Source: Candidatus Omnitrophota bacterium | GTDB lineage: Bacteria; Omnitrophota; Gorgyraeia; Zapsychrales; Zapsychraceae | Assembly: GCA_029261065.1 (NCBI GenBank) | Contig: JAJDCB010000023.1 | Coordinates: 39,682 to 103,681 of the forward strand | DNA: 64,000 nucleotides | Direction of reading: 5' to 3' | Shown: in pieces, positions 18,657 to 27,873 of the stretch | Numbering within the stretch: position 1 is the stretch's first letter | How the letters are laid out: the number at the start of each line of letters is the position of its first letter | Program-made: the position numbers and the translations under genes | The notes under the pieces: model-generated | The model's input: only the letters and a program-made list of their open reading frames with translations | What the model was told of the DNA's origin: nothing | Databases searched by the model: none

Positions 18657-19557
18657 AGAGAAAAAGGGTCATTTCTTTAAACGTATCATCAATCAAACGG
18701 TAAGTCTTTATCTCATAGCGGCAACCGTGTTGGTATTTGGGGTGAATTATGAAAAATTGAATATTGGTACGAATATTCGTATGCAAAGATATTCATCTGA
18801 AAAAAGTTATCGGGATTTAGTTGGCGTGATGAATCAAACCAATGCCGTCAATCAATCGGTTTTTAAAGGTTATGCCTATTATTATGAAAAAATTTTAGAG
18901 AATGCTCCTGAGAATGGGGCTGCTTTAACGGTGTTAGGATATTGCTATTATCATTTAGAAAAAAAAGATAAAGCTATTGCTGCTTATAAACAGGCCATTA
19001 AGACAAATCCGGATGTTTTTTGGAATTATTTTAATTTAGGGGTTATTTATTTTAAAAAAGGGGCCTATCGCGATGCTGTCAGTTATCTGGATTTGGCCAT
19101 CGAGAAAATGCCGGAGGCTAGTCTGTCTTTTATCAATGATTCAAAGGCGATTTTTAAACCTATTATTGAAAGTAATCAGTTGACTGTAGAACAATTAAGA
19201 GAGCAATTGAAAGGTGGTTACAAGGACGCTTATCAGATGTTAGTGATTAGTCACTATCGATTAAAGCAATATCAGCTAATGATGAAATACGCGCAATATG
19301 CCCAGATTGCAAAAATTGGAAGTTTGGATGTGTTTTATTTTTATATGGGACTTTCTGCATATAAACAAAGAAATGTTGATTTGGCTTTAGATTATGTTCA
19401 AAAAAGTTTGGATATCAATCCTACGTTAAAAATAGCTGAAGGATTGGATGATTTGTGTGAGAAAGCGAAGAGTAGCGGAGGTGCGTATGATTTGGAGCAG
19501 GCATTATCACCGTTTGCTGAGCTTAAATTAGAGAAGACGGCTGTGCGTGTCTTTTAA
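18631..19557 (+). CDS. TPR-repeat protein with an N-terminal membrane anchor
   Basis: 308 aa; TM (LYLIAATVLVFGV) followed by TPR units (AYKQAIKTNPDVFWNYFNLGVIYFKKGAYRDAVSYLDLAIE); overlaps the upstream gene by 26 nt. Confidence 0.6.
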   Translation: MVKKKKGVKEKKGHFFKRIINQTVSLYLIAATVLVFGVNYEKLNIGTNIRMQRYSSEKSYRDLVGVMNQTNAVNQSVFKGYAYYYEKILENAPENGAALTVLGYCYYHLEKKDKAIAAYKQAIKTNPDVFWNYFNLGVIYFKKGAYRDAVSYLDLAIEKMPEASLSFINDSKAIFKPIIESNQLTVEQLREQLKGGYKDAYQMLVISHYRLKQYQLMMKYAQYAQIAKIGSLDVFYFYMGLSAYKQRNVDLALDYVQKSLDINPTLKIAEGLDDLCEKAKSSGGAYDLEQALSPFAELKLEKTAVRVF

Positions 19558-19643
19558 GGAGAAGCAAAATTTGTTTTCCTTGTCTTGTGTTCCATAATTA
19601 TTGATGGTAAGCTAAGTTCAAAATTAGAGAAAGGAATTAATTC

Positions 19644-21236
19644 GTGGTCAGATTAGTATTTTTATTATCACTATTAGTAATAGTTGTATTAAATATATAT
19701 GTAGCAAATTTTTATCCTCCCATTTGGTGGTCCATGGTCGTCTTTGGGCCTATTTTAATTATTGGCCTTCTTGATATGTTGCAAACAAAGAAGGCGGTAA
19801 GAAGAAATTTTCCTATCATTGGTAATTTTCGTTACCTTCTTGAAGCCATTCGCCCTGAAATCAATCAATATTTTGTTGAATCTAATTCATCTGGCCGACC
19901 CTTTAGTCGTGAAGATCGCTCTGTTGTTTATCAAAGAGCGAAGGGTCAGCGCGATACTTTGCCGTTTGGTACGCAAATGGATGTTTATGAAGTTGGTTAT
20001 GAATGGCTCAATCATTCTGTGACACCAACTCTTGTCGATCCAAATTCTATGCGTATTATTATTGGTTCTGAGCAATGTAAACAGCCTTATAGTGCGAGTA
20101 TTTTAAATATTGGTGCGATGAGTTTTGGTGCTCTCAGCAAAAATGCAATTTTGGCCCTTAATCAAGGTGCTAAATTGGGGAACTTTGCGCATAATACGGG
20201 TGAGGGTGGTATCAGTCCTTATCATTTGGCAGGGGGTGGTGATTTAATTTGGCAAATTGGGACAGGTTATTTTGGTTGTCGTAATAAAGATGGTAGTTTT
20301 TGTGAAGAGCTGTTTGTGGATAAAGCTATTGATCCTCAGGTTAAAATGATTGAAATAAAATTGTCTCAAGGCGCTAAGCCTGGAGGGGGAGGTATTGTTC
20401 CAGGTGTTAAGGTTACTAAGGAGATTGCTGATATTCGAGGTGTTCCTGTTGGAAAAACGGTCGTTTCTCCAGCGTCTCATTCAGTATTTAATACGCCAGT
20501 TGGGCTTTTAGAGTTTGTTCAAAAATTGCGAGATTTATCAGGTGGAAAACCTGTTGGTTTTAAATTATGTGTTGGTAAGCGACATCAATTTTTAGCCATA
20601 TGTAAGGCGATGCTTAAGACAGGAATTTATCCAGATTTTATCTCTGTAGATGGAAGTGAAGGTGGAACGGGTGCCGCTCCCTTAGAATTTTCGAATCGTT
20701 TAGGTTATCCTTTGACGGAAGGTTTAAGATATGTTCATAATTCATTGGTGGGTGTGGGTGTAAGGGAGCAAATTAAAGTATTAGCGAGTGGAAAAATTAT
20801 TACGGGTTTTGGTATGGTTCATCGAATGTGTACGGGGGCTGATGGTATTTATTCGGCACGAGGCATGATGTTATCTTTGGGATGTATTCAGGCGGTCAGT
20901 TGTAATACGAATGCCTGCCCGGTTGGAATTGCAACGCAGGATCCTGGTCTTGTTGTTGGTTTGGTTGTTAAACAAAAGAATAAAAGGGTTGCCTCGTATC
21001 ATGAACAAACGATTAGAAGTTTGAGTAAATTAATAGGTGCGATGGGTCTTAATCATCCTTCAGAATTAAGTCCTTGGCATATTATGCGTCGTATTGATGC
21101 CATAACGGTGAGTCATTATTCTGGGTTGTACGATTTTATTGAAAAGGGATGTCTTTTAGGTAGGCATGTTCCTGCCCATTTTGCTGAGGCCTGGAAAGCA
21201 GCCTCAGCAGATACATTTGATCGGGTATTTGAATAA
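19644..21236 (+). CDS. FMN-binding glutamate synthase family protein (GltB domain-2-like)
   Basis: 530 aa; GTG start after AAAGGAA; N-terminal TM. The Cys/Gly-rich FMN/Fe-S region (e.g. the C-rich stretch near CPVGIATQDPGL) and overall length match the standalone GltS-like family. Confidence 0.8.
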   Translation: MVRLVFLLSLLVIVVLNIYVANFYPPIWWSMVVFGPILIIGLLDMLQTKKAVRRNFPIIGNFRYLLEAIRPEINQYFVESNSSGRPFSREDRSVVYQRAKGQRDTLPFGTQMDVYEVGYEWLNHSVTPTLVDPNSMRIIIGSEQCKQPYSASILNIGAMSFGALSKNAILALNQGAKLGNFAHNTGEGGISPYHLAGGGDLIWQIGTGYFGCRNKDGSFCEELFVDKAIDPQVKMIEIKLSQGAKPGGGGIVPGVKVTKEIADIRGVPVGKTVVSPASHSVFNTPVGLLEFVQKLRDLSGGKPVGFKLCVGKRHQFLAICKAMLKTGIYPDFISVDGSEGGTGAAPLEFSNRLGYPLTEGLRYVHNSLVGVGVREQIKVLASGKIITGFGMVHRMCTGADGIYSARGMMLSLGCIQAVSCNTNACPVGIATQDPGLVVGLVVKQKNKRVASYHEQTIRSLSKLIGAMGLNHPSELSPWHIMRRIDAITVSHYSGLYDFIEKGCLLGRHVPAHFAEAWKAASADTFDRVFE

Positions 21237-21281
21237 AGAGGGGGTCATTTTGTTGTTGAAAAAAATAAGTGAGGTTAACTA

Positions 21282-21647
21282 ATGTCAAAAAAAATATTAA
21301 TTGTCGATGATGATCCTGTTATTGTGCGGTTAATGCAATCGAAGTTAAAAGAACAAGGCTATGATGTGTTCACTGCCGTCGATGGCTTAGATGCTCTTGT
21401 AAAAGTAAAGAAAGAAAATCCGGATTTGGTTGTTCTTGATATTGTTATGCCAGAAATAAATGGATATGATGTGTGTTGCGAACTTAGATTTAATAAAAAT
21501 TTTGAGAAGATTCCAATTGTTATTGTGACGGAGACGGAGAAGGAAATTGATGATAATATTGGAGAGCGCGTTAACATAGAACATTTATCAAAGCCTGTTG
21601 ATATCAAAGAATTGATGGAGAAGATAGAGAAACTGCTAAATGGGTGA
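21282..21647 (+). CDS. single-domain response regulator (CheY-like receiver)
   Basis: 121 aa; ILIVDDDP, phospho-acceptor Asp in VVLDIVMPEINGY, conserved T/K positions. Confidence 0.8.
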   Translation: MSKKILIVDDDPVIVRLMQSKLKEQGYDVFTAVDGLDALVKVKKENPDLVVLDIVMPEINGYDVCCELRFNKNFEKIPIVIVTETEKEIDDNIGERVNIEHLSKPVDIKELMEKIEKLLNG

Positions 21648-22317
21648 AGCCAAACGAAAAAACAAAAAGTCTGGTAGGTCATTTCAACTCTCACCACAGA
21701 AAAGTAAGTTTGCTACTATTTTTATTGTTGTTATTATTCTCGCTGTGGTGGGCATAGATTTTATCCAAAGAAGTAAAAACTCTCCTCTAACTTATTTTGA
21801 TCCAAATAGATCCAAGGGTAATGTCGAGGCGCCTTTACAAATCATTGAGTTTGTTGATTTTCAATGTCATGAATGTTTTAAGGGGGCGAAAATTCTAAAA
21901 TCTTATAGCGATAAATATCCTGAAGCTATCCATTTAACGATTAAACATTTTTCTTTAGGTCAAAAGAACTCCGTTATTGGGGCTATCTATGCGCAATGCG
22001 CCGCTAACCAAGAACAATTTTGGCCTATGCACGATTTGTTATTTGAGAATCAAAATAATTGGCGTAAGATGCCAGGTGTTGAAGCGTATTTAGATAGGTT
22101 TGTAGCACAATTGTCTTTGGATGGTAGTGCTTTTCAACAATGTGTCCAAAGCAACGATGTCCGTATTTTAGTTAACAATGAACATTCTTTAGGGCAAGCT
22201 CACTTTGTGCAATCAACCCCTGCTTATTTTATTAATGAAGAGTTGGTTGTTGGTCTTATAACCCTTGAGGCTTATTTAAAAGATTATTTTGAAGAGCAAA
22301 GAGGGGATTTATTATAA
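21640..22317 (+). CDS. DsbA/thioredoxin-fold thiol:disulfide oxidoreductase (membrane-anchored)
   Basis: 225 aa; start overlaps the RR stop (ATGGGTGA); N-terminal TM; CxxC active site in FVDFQCHECFKG. Confidence 0.65.
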   Translation: MGEAKRKNKKSGRSFQLSPQKSKFATIFIVVIILAVVGIDFIQRSKNSPLTYFDPNRSKGNVEAPLQIIEFVDFQCHECFKGAKILKSYSDKYPEAIHLTIKHFSLGQKNSVIGAIYAQCAANQEQFWPMHDLLFENQNNWRKMPGVEAYLDRFVAQLSLDGSAFQQCVQSNDVRILVNNEHSLGQAHFVQSTPAYFINEELVVGLITLEAYLKDYFEEQRGDLL

Positions 22318-22344
22318 GTGGCTTTTTGAAGTATTCGCGGGTAA

Positions 22345-22567
22345 TCTTGAGGCTAAAAACTTTTGTGATGCTCAAACATCCTTCGCTCAATAGCTTTTCT
22401 ATTGATGGTCAAGCCATATGATCATAAGAGCGAGTTCCACAGCAAGCAATTTTTAGAAAAATGCGTAGCGAGGACTGTCCGAGCGAATGATCATATGGCT
22501 TGACCATCAATTTATTGTAAGCTATCGGCTGCGGAACTGCGCGTGACAAAATTTTTTAGCCTCAAGA
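22345..22567. repeat. Long imperfect palindrome (~80-bp arms around a ~50-bp core), MITE-like or structured RNA
   Basis: The outer arms match perfectly (tcttgaggctaaaaa ... tttttagcctcaaga). The inner arms are a perfect 25-nt match (attgatggtcaagccatatgatcat 22411-22435 vs atgatcatatggcttgaccatcaat 22487-22511). The arm middles are partially matched. Confidence 0.7.
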
Positions 22568-22637
22568 TTGCCACTTGAATTTTCAAAGAGTTTCATAAGT
22601 TTATTAAATTATTTCGACTTAGAAAGAATTATTAGTT

Positions 22638-23498
22638 ATGAAAGTATCCTTAATTGGTGTTGGTTTGATGGGATATGCAATGGCCGAGAGACTTATTGCT
22701 TCAGGTCATCAGTTAACAGTCTTTAATCGTAGTACCTCAAAGGCTGAGCCTCTTAAAGAATTAGGGGCAACGATCGCGGTTAGTGCTAAAGATGCCATAC
22801 AAGAGGCTAGTGTTGTTATCCTTATGGTCAGTGATGCGCGCGCTATTGAGCAATTGCTTTTTACAGATGGGCAGGTAAATCTTTCTGGACAAACCATTAT
22901 TCAAATGGGAACGATAGCCCCTTCTGAGAGTATTGAAATTCAGAAAAAATTATTTAAGCAAGATTGCCACTACTTCGAATGTCCCGTACTCGGTTCTCGA
23001 AATGAAGCAAGGGAAGGGCGGTTAATTCTTTTAGTTGGGTCTTCGAAAGAAAAGTTTGAACGTTGGCTTGATTTTCTAAAAGTTTTTGGGCCTTCTCCTC
23101 GATGGATTGGTGATGTAGGAAAAGCCGCAGCACTAAAGTTGGCCTTAAATCAGTTGATTGCCGCTCATGCCTTAAGTTTTTCGTTAAGTTTAGGAATCAT
23201 TGAAAAGAATGAAGTGGACGTCGATACGTTTATGACCATATTACGAGAAAGTGCTTTGTATGCTCCTATGTATGATAAGAAGTTATCAAATTGGATGAAA
23301 CAAAGTTATGAAAATCCTAATTTTCCAACCAAACATCTTTTGAAAGATGTCGATTTGATTCTTGATGAGGTTAATAACAAAGGGTTGAGTAACGAAATAC
23401 TGCAGGCTATGAGAAATGTTATTGAACAGTCCGTTAACGAAGGTTTAGGTGATAAAGATTATTCTTCTGTTTTTCAAATTATTAATCGATTAAAATAA
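22638..23498 (+). CDS. NAD(P)-dependent oxidoreductase, 3-hydroxyisobutyrate/6-phosphogluconate dehydrogenase NAD-binding family
   Basis: 286 aa; N-terminal Rossmann motif (SLIGVGLMGYAMAERL) and a C-terminal catalytic helical domain. Confidence 0.75.
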   Translation: MKVSLIGVGLMGYAMAERLIASGHQLTVFNRSTSKAEPLKELGATIAVSAKDAIQEASVVILMVSDARAIEQLLFTDGQVNLSGQTIIQMGTIAPSESIEIQKKLFKQDCHYFECPVLGSRNEAREGRLILLVGSSKEKFERWLDFLKVFGPSPRWIGDVGKAAALKLALNQLIAAHALSFSLSLGIIEKNEVDVDTFMTILRESALYAPMYDKKLSNWMKQSYENPNFPTKHLLKDVDLILDEVNNKGLSNEILQAMRNVIEQSVNEGLGDKDYSSVFQIINRLK

Positions 23499-23504
23499 TT
23501 GTCT

Positions 23505-24437
23505 ATGATTAAAGCTCATGAATTAACTAAATACTTTGGACGTCAAAAGGTTCTTGATCAAGTCTCCTTTGAGATAGGTAAGGGGGAGATTGTTGGTTTT
23601 CTTGGGTCAAATGGGGCTGGCAAGACAACGTTAATGCGGATATTAACATCATTTCTGCCAGCATCATCAGGAGATGTTTCTATAAATGGTTTTGACGTGG
23701 CTAAGAAGTCATTGGCTGTTCGCCAAATTGTTGGCTACTTACCTGAAAATCCTCCTTTGTATCTCTCTATGACCGTTAAAGATTATTTAAAGTTTGCCGC
23801 TAAGTTAAAAGACGTGGCAGCAAAACAATGCTCTGCTCAGGTTGAGAAAGTGATGAGTGAGTGCCGGTTAAAGGACGTAGAACATAAGGTTATTGCAACG
23901 CTGTCCAAAGGATATAAACAACGTGTAGGTATAGCTCAAGCCATTATTAACGATCCAAGCCTTTTAATATTAGATGAGCCAACCAGTGGATTAGATCCTG
24001 TTCAAAATCTTCAGGTGAGAAATTTGATTAAAAATTTAGAATCAGAGCGTACCGTTATTCTTAGCACACATATCCTTTCTGAAATTGAGCAGGTCGCCAA
24101 ACGGGTGATGATTATCAAAGAAGGGAAGGTCTTAGTAGACGAACGATTGTCTGATTTATTAACGAAATCAAGTGCGCAAAAAAGAATGGTATTAAGAGTA
24201 AAAGGTGAAAAGAAATGTGTCGAGACTGTTCTTGAGAAGATAAATGATGTTTGTCTGCTTAATACTGTATCTTCCTCACAGGAACATCATTTTGATCTCG
24301 AACTTGCCGATGAGAAGTTGATTCATGAGTTATTAAGTTGCCTGGTTAATGAACCGGTCCAAATATTAGAAATGAGTCCAGCGGTTTCTCGGCTGGAACA
24401 TACGTTTGTTTCAATGGTAAATGAAAATAATGACTAA
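23505..24437 (+). CDS. ABC transporter ATP-binding protein (ABC-2/GldA-like)
   Basis: Walker A GSNGAGKTT, signature LSKGYKQRV, Walker B LLILDEPTSGLD; ATG at 23505 preferred to TTG at 23499. Confidence 0.85.
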   Translation: MIKAHELTKYFGRQKVLDQVSFEIGKGEIVGFLGSNGAGKTTLMRILTSFLPASSGDVSINGFDVAKKSLAVRQIVGYLPENPPLYLSMTVKDYLKFAAKLKDVAAKQCSAQVEKVMSECRLKDVEHKVIATLSKGYKQRVGIAQAIINDPSLLILDEPTSGLDPVQNLQVRNLIKNLESERTVILSTHILSEIEQVAKRVMIIKEGKVLVDERLSDLLTKSSAQKRMVLRVKGEKKCVETVLEKINDVCLLNTVSSSQEHHFDLELADEKLIHELLSCLVNEPVQILEMSPAVSRLEHTFVSMVNENND

Positions 24438-25140
24438 AATTTTCGCTATCACACAAAAAGAATTAAGTGGTTATTTCCGATCACCAATGGCCTACATTGT
24501 TTTATTGGTGACGATGTCTATTTTTCATGTCTTTTTCTTTATTATTATCGATCACAATCAAGAAGCAACATTGCGTGATGTCTTTGCTGTGATGGAATTT
24601 TTATTTGTTTTTATAGTGCCTTTGTTAACGATGAAGGTTTTTGCTGAAGAGAAGGCGACGGGCACGATGGAGTTTTTGATGACGACCCCAACAACGAATA
24701 CCGCGATTGTTTTGGGTAAATTTTTTGGGAGTCTTATTTTTATGACAACTATCATAGGCGTCATTTTTGTCTATTACGCGATTATTGAGTTTTATGGATC
24801 TCCCGATCGATTGGCCACGTTTTCTGGCATTCTCGGCCTTTGGCTTGAAGGCGCATTGTTTGTCGCCATTGGCCTTATGGCTTCTTCCTGGACGCGCAAT
24901 CAAATGGTGGCTGCGATTTGTACGTATCTCATTCTTTTTATGTTATATTTTTCAGTCACCCTTGAAAAATTTCTTTCAGGGACCCTTGGAGCACTTGTTT
25001 CCTATTCTGGCGTTTGGTCGCATACCAAAAACTTTTCAGCAGGTCTCATAACACTTTCAGATGTAACTTATTTTGTCACTGGCATTGTGCTATCACTTCT
25101 TATAACCCGTTACTGTATTGAAAATAGATTATGGCGTTAA
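24421..25140 (+). CDS. ABC-2 family permease (GldF-like)
   Basis: 239 aa with 6 TM helices; overlaps the ATPase gene. Confidence 0.7.
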   Translation: MKIMTKIFAITQKELSGYFRSPMAYIVLLVTMSIFHVFFFIIIDHNQEATLRDVFAVMEFLFVFIVPLLTMKVFAEEKATGTMEFLMTTPTTNTAIVLGKFFGSLIFMTTIIGVIFVYYAIIEFYGSPDRLATFSGILGLWLEGALFVAIGLMASSWTRNQMVAAICTYLILFMLYFSVTLEKFLSGTLGALVSYSGVWSHTKNFSAGLITLSDVTYFVTGIVLSLLITRYCIENRLWR

Positions 25141-26726
25141 AAGATAATTTTAAAAAACTACCGATGCTTCTTTTGCTTGGGTGTGTCTGCATCATAGCGG
25201 GTCTTGGGATTTCTTTTATCGAAGGTTACGCAAGTCAGAAGTATTTATTGCTCACCGCGGTCGGGGCTTTGTGTTTATTGGTCGTGTGTGTGGTATTGGA
25301 TCGTGGGCTTCGCGGATCGCGAAAGCAATCTTTGTGGCATAAATGGCTTTATTCGGTTTTGATTTTTGTTTTATTGGCAACGGTTTATGTGGAGGTTAAT
25401 TATTTAGGGTATTTTTACAATGTGAGATTTGATGTCACGAAACAAAAACAACATACGTTATCAGATAGTACAATAGATTTTCTTGCCGAGTTAACACAGG
25501 ATGTTAAACTCACAGTGCTTCACGTTGGGATTGCTCCTAAATATGTCGAAGATATATTAAGCGAATTTAAGCGGCATTCTAAAGGAAGAGTTGCAACCGA
25601 GGTAATAGATCCTCTTGTTGATATTGGTTATGCCGCACAATTTGATACGGTCATTACAGGAAAAGAACAACGGCTCATTGTTCAGGCCGCCAATGAACGG
25701 CGTGATGTAGATTTTTCCGAAGAGCCTCTGACAGAAGAAGACATCTTTAATGCGATTCTGCGCGTTACAAGAGAGGCCCGGCATGTTTATTTTCTCTCCG
25801 GTCACGGAGAGCGGGAGATATTCGAAGAAAACGAAAAAGGTTTTAATACGTTTACGAAAAAGTTGTTGGCCAATAATATTATTCCCAAAGAGCTTTTCTT
25901 GGGGGTAACAAAAAAGATTCCAGAGGATTGCGATGTCTTGGTGGTAGTGGGGCCGAGTGAACCTTTAGATGAATTAGAGATCACTTTGATTAGAGACTAT
26001 CTTGCCCAGGGAGGAGATGCTTTTTTCTTAGTCGAACATACGTTTGTGTCAACTTCAGATAAACCGATTCGTGATGAGGATCTTCATCGTAATCCTTCTC
26101 TTAACGAAATCGTTGAGGATTGGGGCATCACGATAGAAGAGGATGTTGTTATTGATTTGGCAAGTAACGTTGGCGACCCTGGAAGTCCAGCCACCAAAAA
26201 TTATCTCACTCATCGCGCGATTGTCGGCGGTTTAGATTACACTTTTTATGTTCGCCCACGCTCTATCTCAATGAAGAAGGACCGGCGAAAAACAATTAAA
26301 CTAGCCCCCTTAGTGTTAACCGCTTCTGAAAAACAAAGTTGGGCGGAAAAGAATCGTTTTATTGATCAGATTAAATTTACAGAAGGAGAAGATCGCGCCG
26401 GCCCCGTCCCGTTAGCCTTTGTTATCTTCGAACCTCAAATCGAAGAAAAACTCTCCGAGACCCGCATCGTCGTTTTCACAGACGCTGACTTTCTTAGCAA
26501 CGCCTTCATCGACAGCTACAGCAATGCCCAGATGGGCCTTAAATCTATTAGCTGGTTAACGGAATTGGATTTTAAGGTTTTTGATAATAAGTCTGATATA
26601 GAGGTAGAACAACTCAACTTAACCTCCCAACAGAAGCGTATGGTTGTCTTGGTGTTATTATTGATGCCAATTATTGTTCTGTTGATTGGATTGTCTGTTT
26701 GGATTAAGTCTTTGAAGAGAAGCTAG
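25131..26726 (+). CDS. GldG-like ABC-transporter auxiliary (periplasmic) component
   Basis: 531 aa; N- and C-terminal TM anchors flank a large soluble domain; gene order ATPase-permease-auxiliary is typical of GldAFG-type systems. Confidence 0.6.
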   Translation: MALKDNFKKLPMLLLLGCVCIIAGLGISFIEGYASQKYLLLTAVGALCLLVVCVVLDRGLRGSRKQSLWHKWLYSVLIFVLLATVYVEVNYLGYFYNVRFDVTKQKQHTLSDSTIDFLAELTQDVKLTVLHVGIAPKYVEDILSEFKRHSKGRVATEVIDPLVDIGYAAQFDTVITGKEQRLIVQAANERRDVDFSEEPLTEEDIFNAILRVTREARHVYFLSGHGEREIFEENEKGFNTFTKKLLANNIIPKELFLGVTKKIPEDCDVLVVVGPSEPLDELEITLIRDYLAQGGDAFFLVEHTFVSTSDKPIRDEDLHRNPSLNEIVEDWGITIEEDVVIDLASNVGDPGSPATKNYLTHRAIVGGLDYTFYVRPRSISMKKDRRKTIKLAPLVLTASEKQSWAEKNRFIDQIKFTEGEDRAGPVPLAFVIFEPQIEEKLSETRIVVFTDADFLSNAFIDSYSNAQMGLKSISWLTELDFKVFDNKSDIEVEQLNLTSQQKRMVVLVLLLMPIIVLLIGLSVWIKSLKRS

Positions 26727-27104
26727 GGGCAGAGAAAAAGGTGCCCTTTTTTATTTGTAATAGTATTAATATTATTAAGCAAAGCCCACTTTTCACTCCG
26801 AATTATTGTATTTTTCCCCGTTTATTGTTAACTCCAGAGTTGAATTAGCCATTGCATTTTGTGGCTTGATTAAGACTCAAATTTTCATTCAAATTTGATG
26901 CAAAACCTTAAGTCTTTTGTTTTCATGTTGTTATGAATCAATTAGGGTGTTATACAAAATTTTCTTTCAAAAAGACAACGTTTTCTTTTGAATTTTTGGC
27001 AAACCTAGGTCACTTGTGGATTGCATGCTAAACTTTAACGAGTGACAAATTTGTCAGCCGGTATCATAAATGGCTTGCTGACTAAAAGAAAGGAGGGGAT
27101 CAAG

Positions 27105-27785
27105 ATGAGTATAGAAACTTTAGTTTTAGAACCACTTAAGGGTATGATGGATACTGTCTTGTTCAGTTTCATCCCCACTTTGTTTATAGCCCTATTGATT
27201 CTAGGGGTCGGTTGGCTTATGGTTCGGTTTTTACGCGATAAGGTTATCGTGTATTTTTTAGAGTTAATCGAATTTGATAAGATTGCCGATAAAATGGGGA
27301 TAAAAGCTGTCCTTAAATCAGGTGGTATCAGACGTAGCCCAAGTGCTGTTGTAGGATGTTTAGTCTATTGTGTGATGATGGTCATGGTTCTTATTTTGAC
27401 TGTTCAAGCACTAGGTTTTCATTTTGCTGCAGGACTCATTGATAGCATGTTGGGGTATATTCCTAGTGTTATTATAGGAGCGCTTGTTCTTATAATTGGT
27501 ATGTATTTAGCACGGTTTGTTTCCGTGTTAGTTTACATCGCCGCTAAACACACAGATATGCCAGCACCAGCGATGCTTAGTCGTTTATCTAAGCTTGTTA
27601 TCATGATTTACGTCGCGATTCTTTACCTTAAAGAAATCGGTTTTGTCGCGTTATTTGAAGGCGTGCATTACACTATCTTTATTGGTGGTGTGGTCTTTGC
27701 TTTAGCTTTGGCTTTTGGCTTAGCGGGTAAAGATGTTGCTTCACATTATTTACATGTATTTGATGTGAAAAAGTCGGCCAAATAA
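27105..27785 (+). CDS. hypothetical membrane protein
   Basis: Perfect AGGAGG RBS before the ATG at 27105 (ORF track 27042); at least 5 TM helices. Confidence 0.45.
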   Translation: MSIETLVLEPLKGMMDTVLFSFIPTLFIALLILGVGWLMVRFLRDKVIVYFLELIEFDKIADKMGIKAVLKSGGIRRSPSAVVGCLVYCVMMVMVLILTVQALGFHFAAGLIDSMLGYIPSVIIGALVLIIGMYLARFVSVLVYIAAKHTDMPAPAMLSRLSKLVIMIYVAILYLKEIGFVALFEGVHYTIFIGGVVFALALAFGLAGKDVASHYLHVFDVKKSAK

Positions 27786-27803
27786 TGAGACTCATATATG
27801 ACG

Positions 27804-27839
27804 AGGCAGTCACCCTTATAGGGTGGCTGCCTTTTTTTT
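27804..27839 (+). terminator. rho-independent terminator
   Basis: AGGCAGTCACCC-TTATA-GGGTGGCTGCCT stem-loop followed by T8. Confidence 0.7.
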
Positions 27840-27873
27840 GACTCCTATACATATTGTGTTATAATATCGCCTT

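Noticed and set aside
26727-26757. Possible terminator after the GldG-like gene (AGGGGCA-GAGAAAAAGG-TGCCCTTTTTT)
   Set aside because: The stem is only 5-6 bp with a G-U pair and a 10-nt loop. It is plausible but too weak to annotate confidently.
26760-27100. Sigma54-type promoter upstream of 27105 (TGG...TTGCAT-like string near 27011-27030)
   Set aside because: The spacing does not fit GG-N10-GC, so there is no convincing -24/-12 pair.
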